Counted from the first letter of the stretch, positions 1-11,425 are shown. The stretch: 64,000 nucleotides of DNA from Sedimentisphaerales bacterium (GCA_963663965.2 CAXXFK010000026.1:39887-103886), one strand, 5' to 3'. Notes: generated from the sequence alone by a model not told the origin. Numbers and translations: made by a program.

Positions 1-24
1 ACTTTATGATGGTCTATCAAGAAA

Positions 25-1251
25 TCAGGGGCCTAGAATACGTTTTACGGCATCGAGATAAGCCGTGCCATACTCCTTTTCAGGTTCAAGGCAACTGCCT
101 TCGGGCCATTCGTTCCAGGCATTGATCGTAATGATTTTGGGTTGGGTAGGCAACGCCAGGAGCCGATCCTTAATGATTTGACATGATTCGCCGAACGCTT
201 CAGGGGTATTGTTGATTATAACGGGATTTACCACATGAGGGGCCGGACCCTTCCAAGATGCATCCGGATGAGCACGCGGACTGTTATCCCAGTTAATCGT
301 GACATTAGGGTAATAAGGGATTGAAAACTTATTCGAAGTGTCATCCCAGAATGCAAGATATTTCTCTCGTCCCCAAAGATAATCCGATACCGGAAAGGTC
401 TGGTAGTTTAAAGACCCATGATGAACCCAGGTATAACTGGTCAAACTGTCGAGGCCGAGATCCATACTTAATTGCGGCCAGTCTGGCGGGGTCTGGCCGC
501 CGGGAAGGTTGGGTCTTCCCCAAAGAATCGAGCTAATATGTAATCCTGGAAAACCGGCTGCAATAGCCCGGGCACGGAATTTATCAAGCGCTGAACGGGC
601 TTTTTCAACGGATTCAAAGCTTTGAAGGAATAAACTGATTTCGTATATAGAAAAGTATGGTTTTCCATCTATTTTCCAATAGCTGGGATGTTTGAAATAG
701 CGATCAATGACAAGATCGGTGATTTTGTCCCATGTTGCCGGTGTGATTTTCCCTGGATAGAGTAGTTTTAAGGGATCGGCAGGATTATAGCCTTGAATAT
801 CGTACCAGTCATGGTTGGCCCACATCAAGGTGAACTTGATACGGTTATTATTGGTCGCTTTCAGATAGCCATTTTCCAGGGCTCGTTCCAGATAGGGGCC
901 ATCATTATAGTAATACCAATCAAAGATAAAAACATCTACTCCATGATCGGCGGCAGCATCAATTTTCTTAGACATTACTTTGGGATCTGACTCATCTTCA
1001 TAACCCCAGACTGGAATTTTGGGCTGTTTATGGCCTTCGAATCGTGGTTTAGCACGTTTTATTAAGTCCCATTCAGTAAAACCGGGGTATTTCGCCTTGT
1101 CCCATCGAGGATCAGGATGGGTGCAGGGGTAGTAATAGGCTGCTACAGTAATATCATCCCGGGCATTTTCTGCCATCGTTGAACCGGTAAGATTTGCCAG
1201 TGCAGCATACGACACCGACAGTAGTATAATCATTTTTCCCCAGTTATTCAT
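25..1251 (-). CDS. Secreted glycoside hydrolase family 99-like / WbsX-family protein
   Basis: N-terminal signal peptide; motifs AAYYYP, GYEDESDP, FIFDWY, LMWANH, INAWNEWPEGSCLEP typical of the WbsX/GH99-like family. Confidence 0.8.
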   Translation of the reverse strand: MNNWGKMIILLSVSYAALANLTGSTMAENARDDITVAAYYYPCTHPDPRWDKAKYPGFTEWDLIKRAKPRFEGHKQPKIPVWGYEDESDPKVMSKKIDAAADHGVDVFIFDWYYYNDGPYLERALENGYLKATNNNRIKFTLMWANHDWYDIQGYNPADPLKLLYPGKITPATWDKITDLVIDRYFKHPSYWKIDGKPYFSIYEISLFLQSFESVEKARSALDKFRARAIAAGFPGLHISSILWGRPNLPGGQTPPDWPQLSMDLGLDSLTSYTWVHHGSLNYQTFPVSDYLWGREKYLAFWDDTSNKFSIPYYPNVTINWDNSPRAHPDASWKGPAPHVVNPVIINNTPEAFGESCQIIKDRLLALPTQPKIITINAWNEWPEGSCLEPEKEYGTAYLDAVKRILGP

Positions 1252-1282
1252 CGATTCAGGGTTCCTTTCTATACATTTTAAT

Positions 1283-2607
1283 GGTTCTTCCGAAAAATGA
1301 GTAGTTAATGTTGCAAAAAGAGAGACATGACTTTACTGTTTGAGGAAAAAAATAAAACCTCATATTAGGAGCTAAAGTCATGTCCACAAGTATGTTGTAT
1401 CATACTTTTGGTGTTCGAGGTGTTCAATACCAAAAGACAGAATATTTTTGCGGGCAAGAGCGTGATTCACGGCATCTTGCCGGCGGATAGTCTGCGTTGC
1501 CCTTGTTGTAACTCCCGTAATTTCATTTACTTCGGTCACAAGGCCCGGAGGTTTGCCATGGTACCCGCCGGTCTGCGTCAAATGGAGTTGCTTGTCACTA
1601 TTCCCCGATTGAAATGTCTGGCGTGCGGGGCCATTCGTCAGCCTCATCTGCCATTTGCCGACCCCAAGAAGCATTACACCCATGCGTTGGAACGGTATGT
1701 CATCGATTTATGTCAGGCGGCTTCCCTGCAAGAGGTGGCCCGACGGACCGGCTTAAGCTGGGATACCATCAAATCGATTCATAAGTCCTGGCTAGGTCGA
1801 CGGTACCGAAAGATTTCCCTGAAAAAGGTTCGTTATCTGGGGATTGACGAATTGTATCTGGGCAGGAAAAGCAAATACATCTCGCTGGTAACCGACCTGG
1901 AAAGCGGACAAATCTTGCATATCGGCCAGGGCAAAGGCCAAGAGGCCCTGGTGGGATTCTGGGGGCGTGTCCGACGCAGCCGGGCGGTGATTGCCGCGGT
2001 GGCTACCGATATGGCCAGTGGTTTTATGACCAGTGTCCTGAAAGAACTGCCGCAAGCCAAACTGGTGCTGGACCATTTTCATCTGGTCAAATGGTTTAAC
2101 GACAAACTGACCAGTTTACGCCGGGATTTGTACCGGGAGGCCGATACCATGGGCAAAGCGGTACTTAAAGGCAGCCGCTGGCTGCTGCTCAAAGCGCCGG
2201 AGAACCTTAAATCCCATGCCGATAGCGCCAAAGATGAACGGCACCGGTTGCAGGAGGCTCTGCAACTCAACCAGCCGCTGGCCACCGCCTATTACATGAA
2301 AGAACGGCTCCGTCTCCTTTTTGATGCGATCACGGCTCCGCTGGCTGAACAGGAACTTAAACGCTGGATCAGCCAGGCGCAAACCAGCGGGATTCGGATC
2401 CTGCTGGATGCCGCCAAACAACTGCAACTCTGGAAACCCTTCCTGCTCAATTGGTATGACCATCCCATCAGCACCAGCAAAGTCGAAGTCAATAACCGTA
2501 AAATCGGCCTCCTGCAACGAATGGCTCATGGCTACCGCGATCAGGAATACTTCTATCTCCGGATCCATCATATCCATAACCAAAACTACTCATTAACCGG
2601 ATGAGCC
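1283..2607 (+). mobile_element. ISL3-family insertion sequence, 1325 bp
   Basis: IRL GGTTCTTCCGAAAAATGAGTAGTT (1283-1306) vs reverse complement of IRR GGCTCATCCGGTTAATGAGTAGTT (2584-2607), 19/24 identical; 8-bp TSD ATTTTAAT at 1275-1282 and 2608-2615; more GC-rich than flanks. Confidence 0.95.
1380..2604 (+). CDS. ISL3-family DDE transposase (one apparent extra base at 1445-1449)
   Basis: AGGAG RBS then ATG at 1380 gives MSTSMLYHTFGVRGVQYQKTEYF, which joins the 1408..2604 frame if one T of the T5 run is removed; zinc finger CPCC...CLAC, GIDE, VATDM, LDHFHLVK, EVNNRKI...GYRD motifs. Confidence 0.9.
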
Positions 2608-2650
2608 ATTTTAATGACTATTTCGATGAATAACGGGTATCAACGGGTAT

Positions 2651-5600
2651 TTATTGCCCTGGTGATGGGGCAGAACCCATCCAGTTTTCATGATCGCTAC
2701 CGTAAAGGTTGGGATTCAGCCGTTGCAGGCTATCTCCTTGTCCATCAGCTGATACCGGCCAGGTACCATCTGGTTTATAATCGATACGTTCGAGATCAAC
2801 ATAATAACGATCTTTGCCCCATTCCTGGTCACCTGGGAATTGGATGGCGATCTCTTCTCCGCTATTATCCAGTTTGCCGCACGGTCCGTAAACTCGTGTT
2901 CCTACCGGCAATAACGAATCGTAGGTTTCGTGAAAATCATCCGGATCACGGGCGACGATGATTCGTTCATCTGGATTTAAGGTAATATTCGAAGGGAAGG
3001 TATATCCTATGCCTTCGATCCGCCAAGGCAATGGCTGGATAATCGTTTGTGACTCTGAAATAGCTGTTGAGGCATCTGACATTAATAAAAGTGTCTGGCT
3101 GCTTCGGTTCAGTAATTCAATAAATTCATAGTCGGAACCATTCACAGGGTTATAATGGATTTCCGTGATTACCAGTGGAGACTGGAGTGGTGCGCTGTTT
3201 GGTAAACCGGGGGTTGCTGAAGCCAATGCGACGAAGTCATAACCTTTGGAAAGACTGGATTTTTCGAAACGCCCCAACACCATATCTGTGGCTGATGCTC
3301 CAAACTTCTGGCTGGCCTGGTAGTAACCTGTGACTTCACCGGCATCGCCTGAGTATAAAAAGACCGTTTCACCCGCTTCGCTCAATCCGAAACGTCGTTC
3401 CGTGGGCAATTCAGTGCTGCCAAAAGTATTGTTTTGATAAAGTGTCAGATACTGGTATGCTGCAATATAGGTATTGGAAGGGAATTCATACTTACGGATG
3501 GTATCCGATGTACTGTCGTCATCAGTCAAAAACCAACCGCCAATATTAATTGCCTGGCTGGTTTGATTGTGCAATTCGATCCAATCGGGTTCGTTGCCGT
3601 GAGAATGGGCTAACAATTCATTAATCACGATACTGTCAGGCGTCAGGGCCTGATCCTGCCCACCGGGCGAACCACCCGAAAGCGTGCTGGCTCGCCAGCC
3701 AGATTTACGATCCCATTCTGTCAGATCATTGCCGGCCGGATCGGTCCTCGTCAGAGAAAAACCATCTCCATCGGTTATGGGGTACCAACTGTCATTGTAT
3801 GTAAATGTCTGAACAATGGCGCCTGCCGCATCGGTTACCGTAATGGTTTCACCACTGTTATCCAGCGCTCCATCAGACCATTGTTCAACCGCAATGGATT
3901 CTGACAGGTCAGGATATAGGGTATTAAATGCATCCAGATTTTTTACCAGTATTATATATTCATCCGGCGCCAGCATATGATCAGTAAATTGGTGCCGGAT
4001 CCCTTCGGTTATTTGTACCTGACTTAAATCAATGGATTCCGATCCGATATTCCTGAATTCAATAAATTCCGCCAGGGAGTCAATAGGATGGTACATGATT
4101 TCACTGATGCGTAAATTCTGGCGTACTGTGCCATCTGCGAAAATAGCTGAGGTAGCTGGAGACCATTCATTGCCATTAAAAATGCGAGCCCGAAGCACGG
4201 TGGTTCGCTGAGGGGTAATGGACGATTCGTAGTGTATGGCTGTAGGAGAGATAGAACCAACAGGTGGCAATGAAGCGGTCAATTCGGCGGTTACGATGAA
4301 ATCACTACTGGTGGACATAGTATTTAAACCCTGAATTGCCAGCATATTAGCACCATTGCGTAAAACGGGTAAAAAACTGGAAATATCATAGTTGACAGGC
4401 TGGACCGCGAGAGCATCCGATCGGTTATCTGCTGACGGCGAGTTCCAGAATAACTGGCCGTTGCCGGCATTATCACGGACAACTTCAACCCCATTCATCC
4501 AAACAGCGATCCCATCATCATAGCGGAGCGACAGGATGAGTTTGCTAAAATTCGTACCGTCATACTGGAATGGAATGCGAATATAACAGGTTGGATTTTT
4601 GGTGTACATAACATTTTTGACATTAATACCGTTGGCAATAAATGGGGTATAATCACCCGTACTCTGTTCGTATACCACTGCTCCGTTTCCAGATATCCAA
4701 CCAGAATGATTGTAATCAATCTCTGTCCATGGGTAAAGACTGGACAGGTAATTACCAGGAATCAGTTTCAGATTGGAATATCCGGACGTAGACCAGGCAA
4801 CTTGTAAATGATCTCCACCGCCTTGTTCTTTTTGGAACGCTTCGATATAGTAGGCCTGTCCGGCAGTTAAATAAATTTGAGAAGATTGTTGAGACGAGTA
4901 TTGATTCCAGGTATTGGCAGGAGTCCAGCCATCGATATACGCGATTTTCTGTTTATTGGTTTCGGTAGAATCTGTGCTTAACCAGAGTTGACTGGCATCA
5001 TCGGAACATATCCAAAATGTGTAATAGGCACTACTGGGTGGATAAAACAGCCCTCGCGCCCAGGTCCCGTATTCATCGCGGGAATCAATAACCGGCATGG
5101 AAAAGCTATGCCAGTATTCTACCAGGTCAGGCTGGGCAGGGTATTTAGTTGCATTGAGCAGGTTATCAACCGATGTGCCACTTATTCCAGTGTAATAGCT
5201 GGCAACAATCATTCCGGTAGCTTCTAGTATCGGTTGTGTGGGCACTTTCACATATTTCAAGGCGGATTCTTCGATCAGAGTAACCTCTATGCCTTGAGTA
5301 TCAGAAGCCGGAGGTATCCAGGGATCACTGCCATCAACCGTATAATAAATCTCACCACTGGTGTTAGGATTTGACAATGTCACCGTTTGCCCGGAGGTTA
5401 AATATCCTCCATCTGGTTCAAATTGGGGTCCAACCAATGAGGGAAACCATCCTACCGAACGTAATTGAGCTAATACCCGCAATTCACGGGGGATGTTATT
5501 TCTACCAACACCGTTGATATAATCATGCAGCCAATTCTGAGCCCAATACCAGGTATCCCTCGTCAAGCTACTACTGCCCCAGCGAGCGGATTCCGCAATG

Positions 5601-8600
5601 ATTGCCACATCGAGAGCGGCAGCACGACTCATCATTTGTTGCCATACTCTATCGGGAGTCAACAACCCACCGTTAAAGAAGTGCTTCTGGACCGTATCGG
5701 CAAAATGCATTCGGTACAAATCGCTTTGCCGGCACAACTGTTCATGAAGCCATTGAGAGTTGAAATGATCGAAATTGCTGCCAATCGTTGTCAGGGGGGT
5801 AACGGTATTTTCGCCATCGTAGGCTAAGCCGAATGAATGCTCTGAATCATGTTCAAACCATTTCCAGCCATCTGGATTTGACCGGTTGTAGACCGCAAAC
5901 AAGTTATTGGTGCCATAGCCCAGAAATCTTGAACTGGGGCCATCCATATCGGCCGTATAGTACTGAATGATTATGTGAGCGATCAGATTATCCACATCAA
6001 GTAATCGTTCATAATCCGAATTACGCGAACCATCCGGATTCATGCCCTGAATACGATAGTAATCGGCAGGATCTTCCACGCCAGTAATGATTGCTTCGTA
6101 CAATCGACGGTATGCGGCCCGGCCATTCCAGCCATCATTAAAGATGCCGTCAGTGGCAACGAGTGCATAACCGGCGTTGATATCAACCTTAACGGCATCG
6201 TAATCTTCCTTTGTTCCGTCCATGTACGAGGCGGCGAAACGACTGTCCACCCGTTCCTGTGTCATATACAATCCCCAATACTGGCCATTGATGTATAAAT
6301 GGTAGTAGCGGCTTCGGGTATAGGGTTGTCCCATCAGCCCCTGCATGTCTCGTGAAAAGACCTCTCGTAAAAAGGTGTTTTGGTTGTTGTTTTCGAATGC
6401 CCAGGAATAATTCTGGCTGGTGCGCAGGTCGATTTTATCGAATTCGTCGGTCCCTTCCTCGCCGAATAGAGGATATTTCAGTTTGCTATCGCCATATTTA
6501 CTGCGGAAGAAGAAGCGAAAGGCATGCTTGGGATTATTGCTACTGCGACTATATCCCCCACGAATGCGCATGCCGCAATTGATCTGAAATCCATCGGGGT
6601 CATCGCTGTTAATTAATTCGAGAGAACAGGGTTTTTCTTTTTGAATTGTCCAGAAATCATCGTCCCGTCTTGAGGCGGCAGCATTTACATAAATCCCGGT
6701 GGACGGATCAAATAAATTGGGTAGATCAGTAACCAGAGAAAGAGCCGGAAGCGCAAGCAAAGCGTCCTCCATTAGTGGACCATAGGTTGAATGATTGACA
6801 ATTGCTGGTGTCATGCCGTATCGCATACGCTGACTGTTAATGGCTCCACTGGCTGGCCAGCGGGAATTCGGGCGTTCGCCATTAGGGGATTGGCGTTTGA
6901 TGTCTTCCAGGAACAGGTAAGTTTGAGTATCGATATTGCTGGGCAAATGATTGGAAAGGAAAGAACGAGCGCGCAGTATGGTGGTTTTTTCGATACGTAA
7001 AGGATGGCCGGCGATAAACAGACTCCCATTATCCCAATCCGGTTCTGAACCATCGAGGGTATAACGAATCGTGGCGTTGGGATCATTTGTGGAAATGGTT
7101 AAGTCGAAGGCGCTATTATAGTATCCACGATCATGGCTGAAATGAGTATCCGGGGCGATACCCATTGAGATTCCTGTGTTTAACGTACCTGGTGTCGGTG
7201 GAGAGAAATAACGCTGAGATGTATAATAATCGGCATAGCCATAAGAGATATTGGGTTGTTGTGCCGGATAACCCCAGAAACCCGAAACGATGTCCCCATG
7301 GTCATTGACTAAGAGCAGCGATTCATTATTAGTTCCAAGCGAGAAATTCGTATGAATGTAGTTCCCGACGATGGTATTTCGGCCGGAGGCATAAATTATT
7401 TTGTAGGTATTGGGCGCCATTGACAACGTATTAGGAAATGACCATTTTCTCAGGTTGCCTGGGTCATCTGTCAAACTCCAACCGTACAAGGTGACCGTTT
7501 TTGAAGAAATATTCTTCAACTCTATCCAGTCCACCGCATCGCCGGCCTCATCAAATACTTCCCAGGTATCTCTGGGCTGGTCCGGGTTATCGCTGGCGTT
7601 ATCACACATAAACTCATTGATCACAATTGGTCCCAATCCTTTGAGCCAAGATATTGTCATGATCGCATAATCATTCAAGTTGATCACATCATCATCGGTC
7701 AACATGGCACAGTCAGGACAGTCACTGTCTGTTAGCCATTGTTCAGCTAGAAGGGATAAGTCGGAAGCAGTAACCCAGCAATCGCCATCAATGTCGCCAA
7801 TGGGACATGGATTAACGACGAAATCAGTGATCTGAATTTTTATGGGGGCAATTCCAGCGCCATTGTAATCCGGATCTGAACTGATCATACTGTTCCGGAT
7901 TAAGACTTGTTCTGTATTTTCTTCAAGATCATCGATTGAGGCGGCGATTTGTACCGTTTGTGATTGTGACCAGTTTTCCGGTGTGAATATCAGGGTCGTC
8001 TCATCGCCTCCAAATGCACCATTCAGTTCCAAGTCGTCACTTTCGGGAGTGAAAGTAACCTGCACATCAGTTTTGGGCATGGTTGATAAAGATACTGAGA
8101 TAGACGTTGATTCTCCTTCTGCCACAATAACAACGCCCTGAGGAATAACTGAAATCAAATTGGTGGGCAGGATATCCGGTCCCACTTCGTAACAATCCGA
8201 TATTTCCTGATTAGTCAGAGCATGGTCCCAAATCCTAAATTCATTATAAAGGCCACTAAAACCCTGGTCTATCCATTGAGACCGGCCTAACCAGTTGTTA
8301 ATGTCTGTCAGATTACTTAAAAGCATATTGGTAGGCGTTGAGGCAACCAACTCACCATTGACAAACATTTTGTAAAGGCCGGTATCAGAATTCCAGGTAA
8401 TTGCCACAAAGGCTTCGGTTCCCACATTAATCGATTGATTCCAGAGCAGCGTTTTAACGCTTGAAGAATTTTTGGATTTGGCCTGGGAGAGCAAAAATCC
8501 GCTACTGTTTTGTGTAGTCAGAAAAATAAAATCAACCCAATCCTGACTGGCATAAGTGCTTGAAATGTCTTCTCCATCACTGCTGACACCAAAATCAAAG

Positions 8601-8926
8601 ATCCGGCACCAGGAACGATCGCTATAACTGGTATACCAGATACCAAAGGTGGCCTGGGCGCCTAATGAGGAAATCAGGCCGTTGGGTAAATCAACATAAG
8701 AAATTCCCGGATCGTTACAGATAGCAGTATTGACCATTTCTAACTGACCATCAGGCATAAAAGCCAGAGAACCGGCATTTTCCCCACTTCCTTGTTTCAG
8801 TAACCCATGAGCTGAACCGATGGAATCCTGTATATTGCCATTAAAACTATACCGATGAACAAGCTCAGCTTTGCCGGATAGAACAGCACAGCATAAGACG
8901 ATCCAAACTGAAAACGGAATTCTCAT
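2651..8926 (-). CDS. Giant secreted multidomain protein: LamG, dockerin-like, lamin-tail domains, Fn3-associated/chitobiase-C, CotH kinase, PA14
   Basis: Signal peptide; LamG (WLGRSQW..FSGLYNEFRIWDHAL); GDIDGDCWV dockerin-like motif; four lamin-tail starts (IVINEFM, LRISEIMY, IVINELLA, LVITEIHY); CotH (RIRGGYSR, YINGQYWGLYMTQERVD); PA14 (FWICSDDASQLWLS, EQGGGDHLQVAW). Confidence 0.85.
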   Translation of the reverse strand: MRIPFSVWIVLCCAVLSGKAELVHRYSFNGNIQDSIGSAHGLLKQGSGENAGSLAFMPDGQLEMVNTAICNDPGISYVDLPNGLISSLGAQATFGIWYTSYSDRSWCRIFDFGVSSDGEDISSTYASQDWVDFIFLTTQNSSGFLLSQAKSKNSSSVKTLLWNQSINVGTEAFVAITWNSDTGLYKMFVNGELVASTPTNMLLSNLTDINNWLGRSQWIDQGFSGLYNEFRIWDHALTNQEISDCYEVGPDILPTNLISVIPQGVVIVAEGESTSISVSLSTMPKTDVQVTFTPESDDLELNGAFGGDETTLIFTPENWSQSQTVQIAASIDDLEENTEQVLIRNSMISSDPDYNGAGIAPIKIQITDFVVNPCPIGDIDGDCWVTASDLSLLAEQWLTDSDCPDCAMLTDDDVINLNDYAIMTISWLKGLGPIVINEFMCDNASDNPDQPRDTWEVFDEAGDAVDWIELKNISSKTVTLYGWSLTDDPGNLRKWSFPNTLSMAPNTYKIIYASGRNTIVGNYIHTNFSLGTNNESLLLVNDHGDIVSGFWGYPAQQPNISYGYADYYTSQRYFSPPTPGTLNTGISMGIAPDTHFSHDRGYYNSAFDLTISTNDPNATIRYTLDGSEPDWDNGSLFIAGHPLRIEKTTILRARSFLSNHLPSNIDTQTYLFLEDIKRQSPNGERPNSRWPASGAINSQRMRYGMTPAIVNHSTYGPLMEDALLALPALSLVTDLPNLFDPSTGIYVNAAASRRDDDFWTIQKEKPCSLELINSDDPDGFQINCGMRIRGGYSRSSNNPKHAFRFFFRSKYGDSKLKYPLFGEEGTDEFDKIDLRTSQNYSWAFENNNQNTFLREVFSRDMQGLMGQPYTRSRYYHLYINGQYWGLYMTQERVDSRFAASYMDGTKEDYDAVKVDINAGYALVATDGIFNDGWNGRAAYRRLYEAIITGVEDPADYYRIQGMNPDGSRNSDYERLLDVDNLIAHIIIQYYTADMDGPSSRFLGYGTNNLFAVYNRSNPDGWKWFEHDSEHSFGLAYDGENTVTPLTTIGSNFDHFNSQWLHEQLCRQSDLYRMHFADTVQKHFFNGGLLTPDRVWQQMMSRAAALDVAIIAESARWGSSSLTRDTWYWAQNWLHDYINGVGRNNIPRELRVLAQLRSVGWFPSLVGPQFEPDGGYLTSGQTVTLSNPNTSGEIYYTVDGSDPWIPPASDTQGIEVTLIEESALKYVKVPTQPILEATGMIVASYYTGISGTSVDNLLNATKYPAQPDLVEYWHSFSMPVIDSRDEYGTWARGLFYPPSSAYYTFWICSDDASQLWLSTDSTETNKQKIAYIDGWTPANTWNQYSSQQSSQIYLTAGQAYYIEAFQKEQGGGDHLQVAWSTSGYSNLKLIPGNYLSSLYPWTEIDYNHSGWISGNGAVVYEQSTGDYTPFIANGINVKNVMYTKNPTCYIRIPFQYDGTNFSKLILSLRYDDGIAVWMNGVEVVRDNAGNGQLFWNSPSADNRSDALAVQPVNYDISSFLPVLRNGANMLAIQGLNTMSTSSDFIVTAELTASLPPVGSISPTAIHYESSITPQRTTVLRARIFNGNEWSPATSAIFADGTVRQNLRISEIMYHPIDSLAEFIEFRNIGSESIDLSQVQITEGIRHQFTDHMLAPDEYIILVKNLDAFNTLYPDLSESIAVEQWSDGALDNSGETITVTDAAGAIVQTFTYNDSWYPITDGDGFSLTRTDPAGNDLTEWDRKSGWRASTLSGGSPGGQDQALTPDSIVINELLAHSHGNEPDWIELHNQTSQAINIGGWFLTDDDSTSDTIRKYEFPSNTYIAAYQYLTLYQNNTFGSTELPTERRFGLSEAGETVFLYSGDAGEVTGYYQASQKFGASATDMVLGRFEKSSLSKGYDFVALASATPGLPNSAPLQSPLVITEIHYNPVNGSDYEFIELLNRSSQTLLLMSDASTAISESQTIIQPLPWRIEGIGYTFPSNITLNPDERIIVARDPDDFHETYDSLLPVGTRVYGPCGKLDNSGEEIAIQFPGDQEWGKDRYYVDLERIDYKPDGTWPVSADGQGDSLQRLNPNLYGSDHENWMGSAPSPGQ

Positions 8927-9906
8927 AGGCTCACTCCAATTATTTATATTTCAATTTATATATAATTATTTATCGTAGTAAATATTTACGATTATTATTT
9001 GAAAGTTTTATGAGACTAATATTTTATGAATAGCCGTTAAAAAATTTTGGCATAAGTTTATGTGTTAGTTAAAATGTTATGTGAATAGGTTTCTTTGCAC
9101 CAATTAGTATGGATGCTAACGTGCTGAAAATGAACTTGTTATGGCGATAGATGGTTGGTAAAGCGTTGCAAGTGGTGTTAGAAATATAATGAAATTTTAA
9201 TTAATTGCCCATTCAAGTCTATTATTTTATATTATTTAACCATGCATATTAACTATGATTTGTATTTAAATGAAAAATATAAGCCAATTTTAATACAAAA
9301 ACAATAATCCATTATACCGTAAAGCCTCATCGAATCTAACAGAAATCTAATAATCAAAACGTTGATTTCCTGATTTGTATACCAAAGATGGGATGTAATT
9401 ATTCAATTTATAAATTTCCAAGTCGAGAACGCTTATATATTTATTTATGATGAACGGGCAATCACTTGGTAGAATTTTTGGGTAAATATAAAATAACTAA
9501 TTGAATGACAGATAGTTATGAGTATTTTTGTTGCATTGAAAGCTATGTGATAGTCTATATAGCCATGACATTGAAATATAATCCTAAGCGTAAGCTATAC
9601 CCAATGGGAATGCGAATTCCTAATTGCTCGAAAGATAACTTATTACTCATCAAGTATTTATCTCCCGGTGCAACGGGAAAATTCAATTGTAAAGGGTATA
9701 AAATTTATTGATCATAGAACTCCCAATCGTTACTGTTACAAACAGAACCAAGCTCCGTGTTTATATTTGCCACCCCATAACAATCAACAAATGACTGTTA
9801 GCGTTCAATTAATGTAAACTTGGCGATTCTCAAGAAAAAATTGAAATATCTGGATTATGAAGAGTCGGGTGGCCTGGCCAATTGAGGAGATGGGTTTTCT
9901 GGATAA

Positions 9907-10006
9907 TTCTATGATATGACTGCAGATCCTGACGAGACGAGTTAATCAATATAAAATCTTGGAATATCAGGTGATTGTTATTGAACATAATAGGTTGTTG
10001 GAATAG
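9907..10006 (+). pseudogene. Possible decayed sulfatase C-terminal fragment
   Basis: Reads FYDMTADPDET then, after a frameshift, VNQYKILEYQVIVIEHNRLLE*, resembling the sulfatase C-terminal 'LYDL..DP.E..N' motif; lies just upstream of an intact sulfatase. Confidence 0.35.
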
Positions 10007-10051
10007 TATCAATCACACAGTTTTCAGCAGATCAATATAATAGGAATCAAT

Positions 10052-11425
10052 ATGAAATATTCACGTCGTGATTTCATTGGTGTATCGGCTATGGTAATTT
10101 CAGGAGGATTTCCCTCGTTATTTTCACAACAGTATGGCGCTCAAGCAAAATCTGATTCGTTATGCAAGCCCAATATTATTCTGATTATGGCGGATGATCT
10201 GGGGTACGGCGATCTGAGTTGTTTTGGCAGCCAAACGATCCATACCCCATGTCTTGACGAGTTGTGTGCTAATGGGATGAAACTGACCGATTTTCATTCC
10301 AATGGCGCGGTATGTTCACCTACTCGCGCCGCTTTGCTCACAGGCCGGTATCAGCAACGAGCAGGTATCGGTGGTGTCATAACAGCCAAAAACCATCGCA
10401 ACGTCGGTATGAGCTTAAGTGAATTCACTTTGGCTGAAATGTTTAAGACCATTGGCTATCAAACAGGTCTTTTCGGGAAATGGCACCTGGGGTATGCCAG
10501 TCAATATAATCCCACTCAACAGGGATTTGATGAATTCAAGGGATATGTCAGTGGTAATGTGGATTACCATAGCCATGTTGATCAGGAAGGATACTTTGAT
10601 TGGTGGCAGGATAGTAAACTGAAGGATCAACCCGGCTATGTTACCCATTTGATTACAGAAAACTGCCTGGATTTTATCCAGAGACATAAAAATGAACCCT
10701 TTTTTTTGTATGTTCCCCATGAAACCCCTCATTCGCCGATTCAGATACCAGACGATCAGGCATTCCGCCAGTCCGGAGGCGGCAGAATACCCGGAGCTAC
10801 TTATAAGCCAAGCGCTGACAAGTATCAGAAGATGATCGAAATCATGGATGGCGGGATTAGTAAGATAGTTAAAAAGATTCGCGATCTAAAGCTGGAAAAA
10901 AATACACTTATCATATTTTGTTCTGATAACGGGCCGGTTACCAATTATGGTGGCAGTGCCGGCGGCCTTCGGGGTAATAAAGGCACGTTATGGGAAGGGG
11001 GGCATCGAGTGCCTGCAATTGTTTATTGGCCTGGTAAAATAAAACCTGGAATATGTAGTGACCAGACGATTATGACTATGGATATCATGCCTACATTGGC
11101 AAGCATCACCCAAACTGCTTTACCAGATTCACTTAGACTTGATGGCATCGATATCTCACCCGTCCTGTTTTCAAAGTCATCGCTGTCTGCACGTACACTG
11201 TTCTGGCAGTATGGCAAACAAAAAGCTGTTCGCCAAGGAAAGTGGAAATGGCTTAACGATGCAAATGAAAATTCGCCTGATAAAATGAAGTTATACAATT
11301 TGGAAACTGATAAAGAAGAAAATTATGACTTAAGCCGTAATTTTCCTGATATTACTCAGCGGATGCAGGTTCTATTTGACGGTTGGTACGATGAAGTAAC
11401 CCATCGTATTAACCAAGTCTCTTGA
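10052..11425 (+). CDS. Tat-exported Cys-type sulfatase (arylsulfatase A-like)
   Basis: SRRDFIG twin-arginine signal; PNIILIMADDLGYGD; CSPTRAALLTGR formylglycine motif; GKWHLG; SDNG; LYNLETDKEE. Confidence 0.95.
   Translation: MKYSRRDFIGVSAMVISGGFPSLFSQQYGAQAKSDSLCKPNIILIMADDLGYGDLSCFGSQTIHTPCLDELCANGMKLTDFHSNGAVCSPTRAALLTGRYQQRAGIGGVITAKNHRNVGMSLSEFTLAEMFKTIGYQTGLFGKWHLGYASQYNPTQQGFDEFKGYVSGNVDYHSHVDQEGYFDWWQDSKLKDQPGYVTHLITENCLDFIQRHKNEPFFLYVPHETPHSPIQIPDDQAFRQSGGGRIPGATYKPSADKYQKMIEIMDGGISKIVKKIRDLKLEKNTLIIFCSDNGPVTNYGGSAGGLRGNKGTLWEGGHRVPAIVYWPGKIKPGICSDQTIMTMDIMPTLASITQTALPDSLRLDGIDISPVLFSKSSLSARTLFWQYGKQKAVRQGKWKWLNDANENSPDKMKLYNLETDKEENYDLSRNFPDITQRMQVLFDGWYDEVTHRINQVS

Noticed and set aside
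1378..1683. Minus-strand ORF and other small ORFs inside the IS
   Set aside because: Antisense or alternative-frame shadows of the transposase
9505..9711. 68-aa ORF in the AT-rich gap
   Set aside because: No clear RBS or homology signal; probably spurious
8927..10050. Replication origin in the AT-rich intergenic region
   Set aside because: No cluster of DnaA boxes (TTATCCACA) seen and no dnaA/dnaN context
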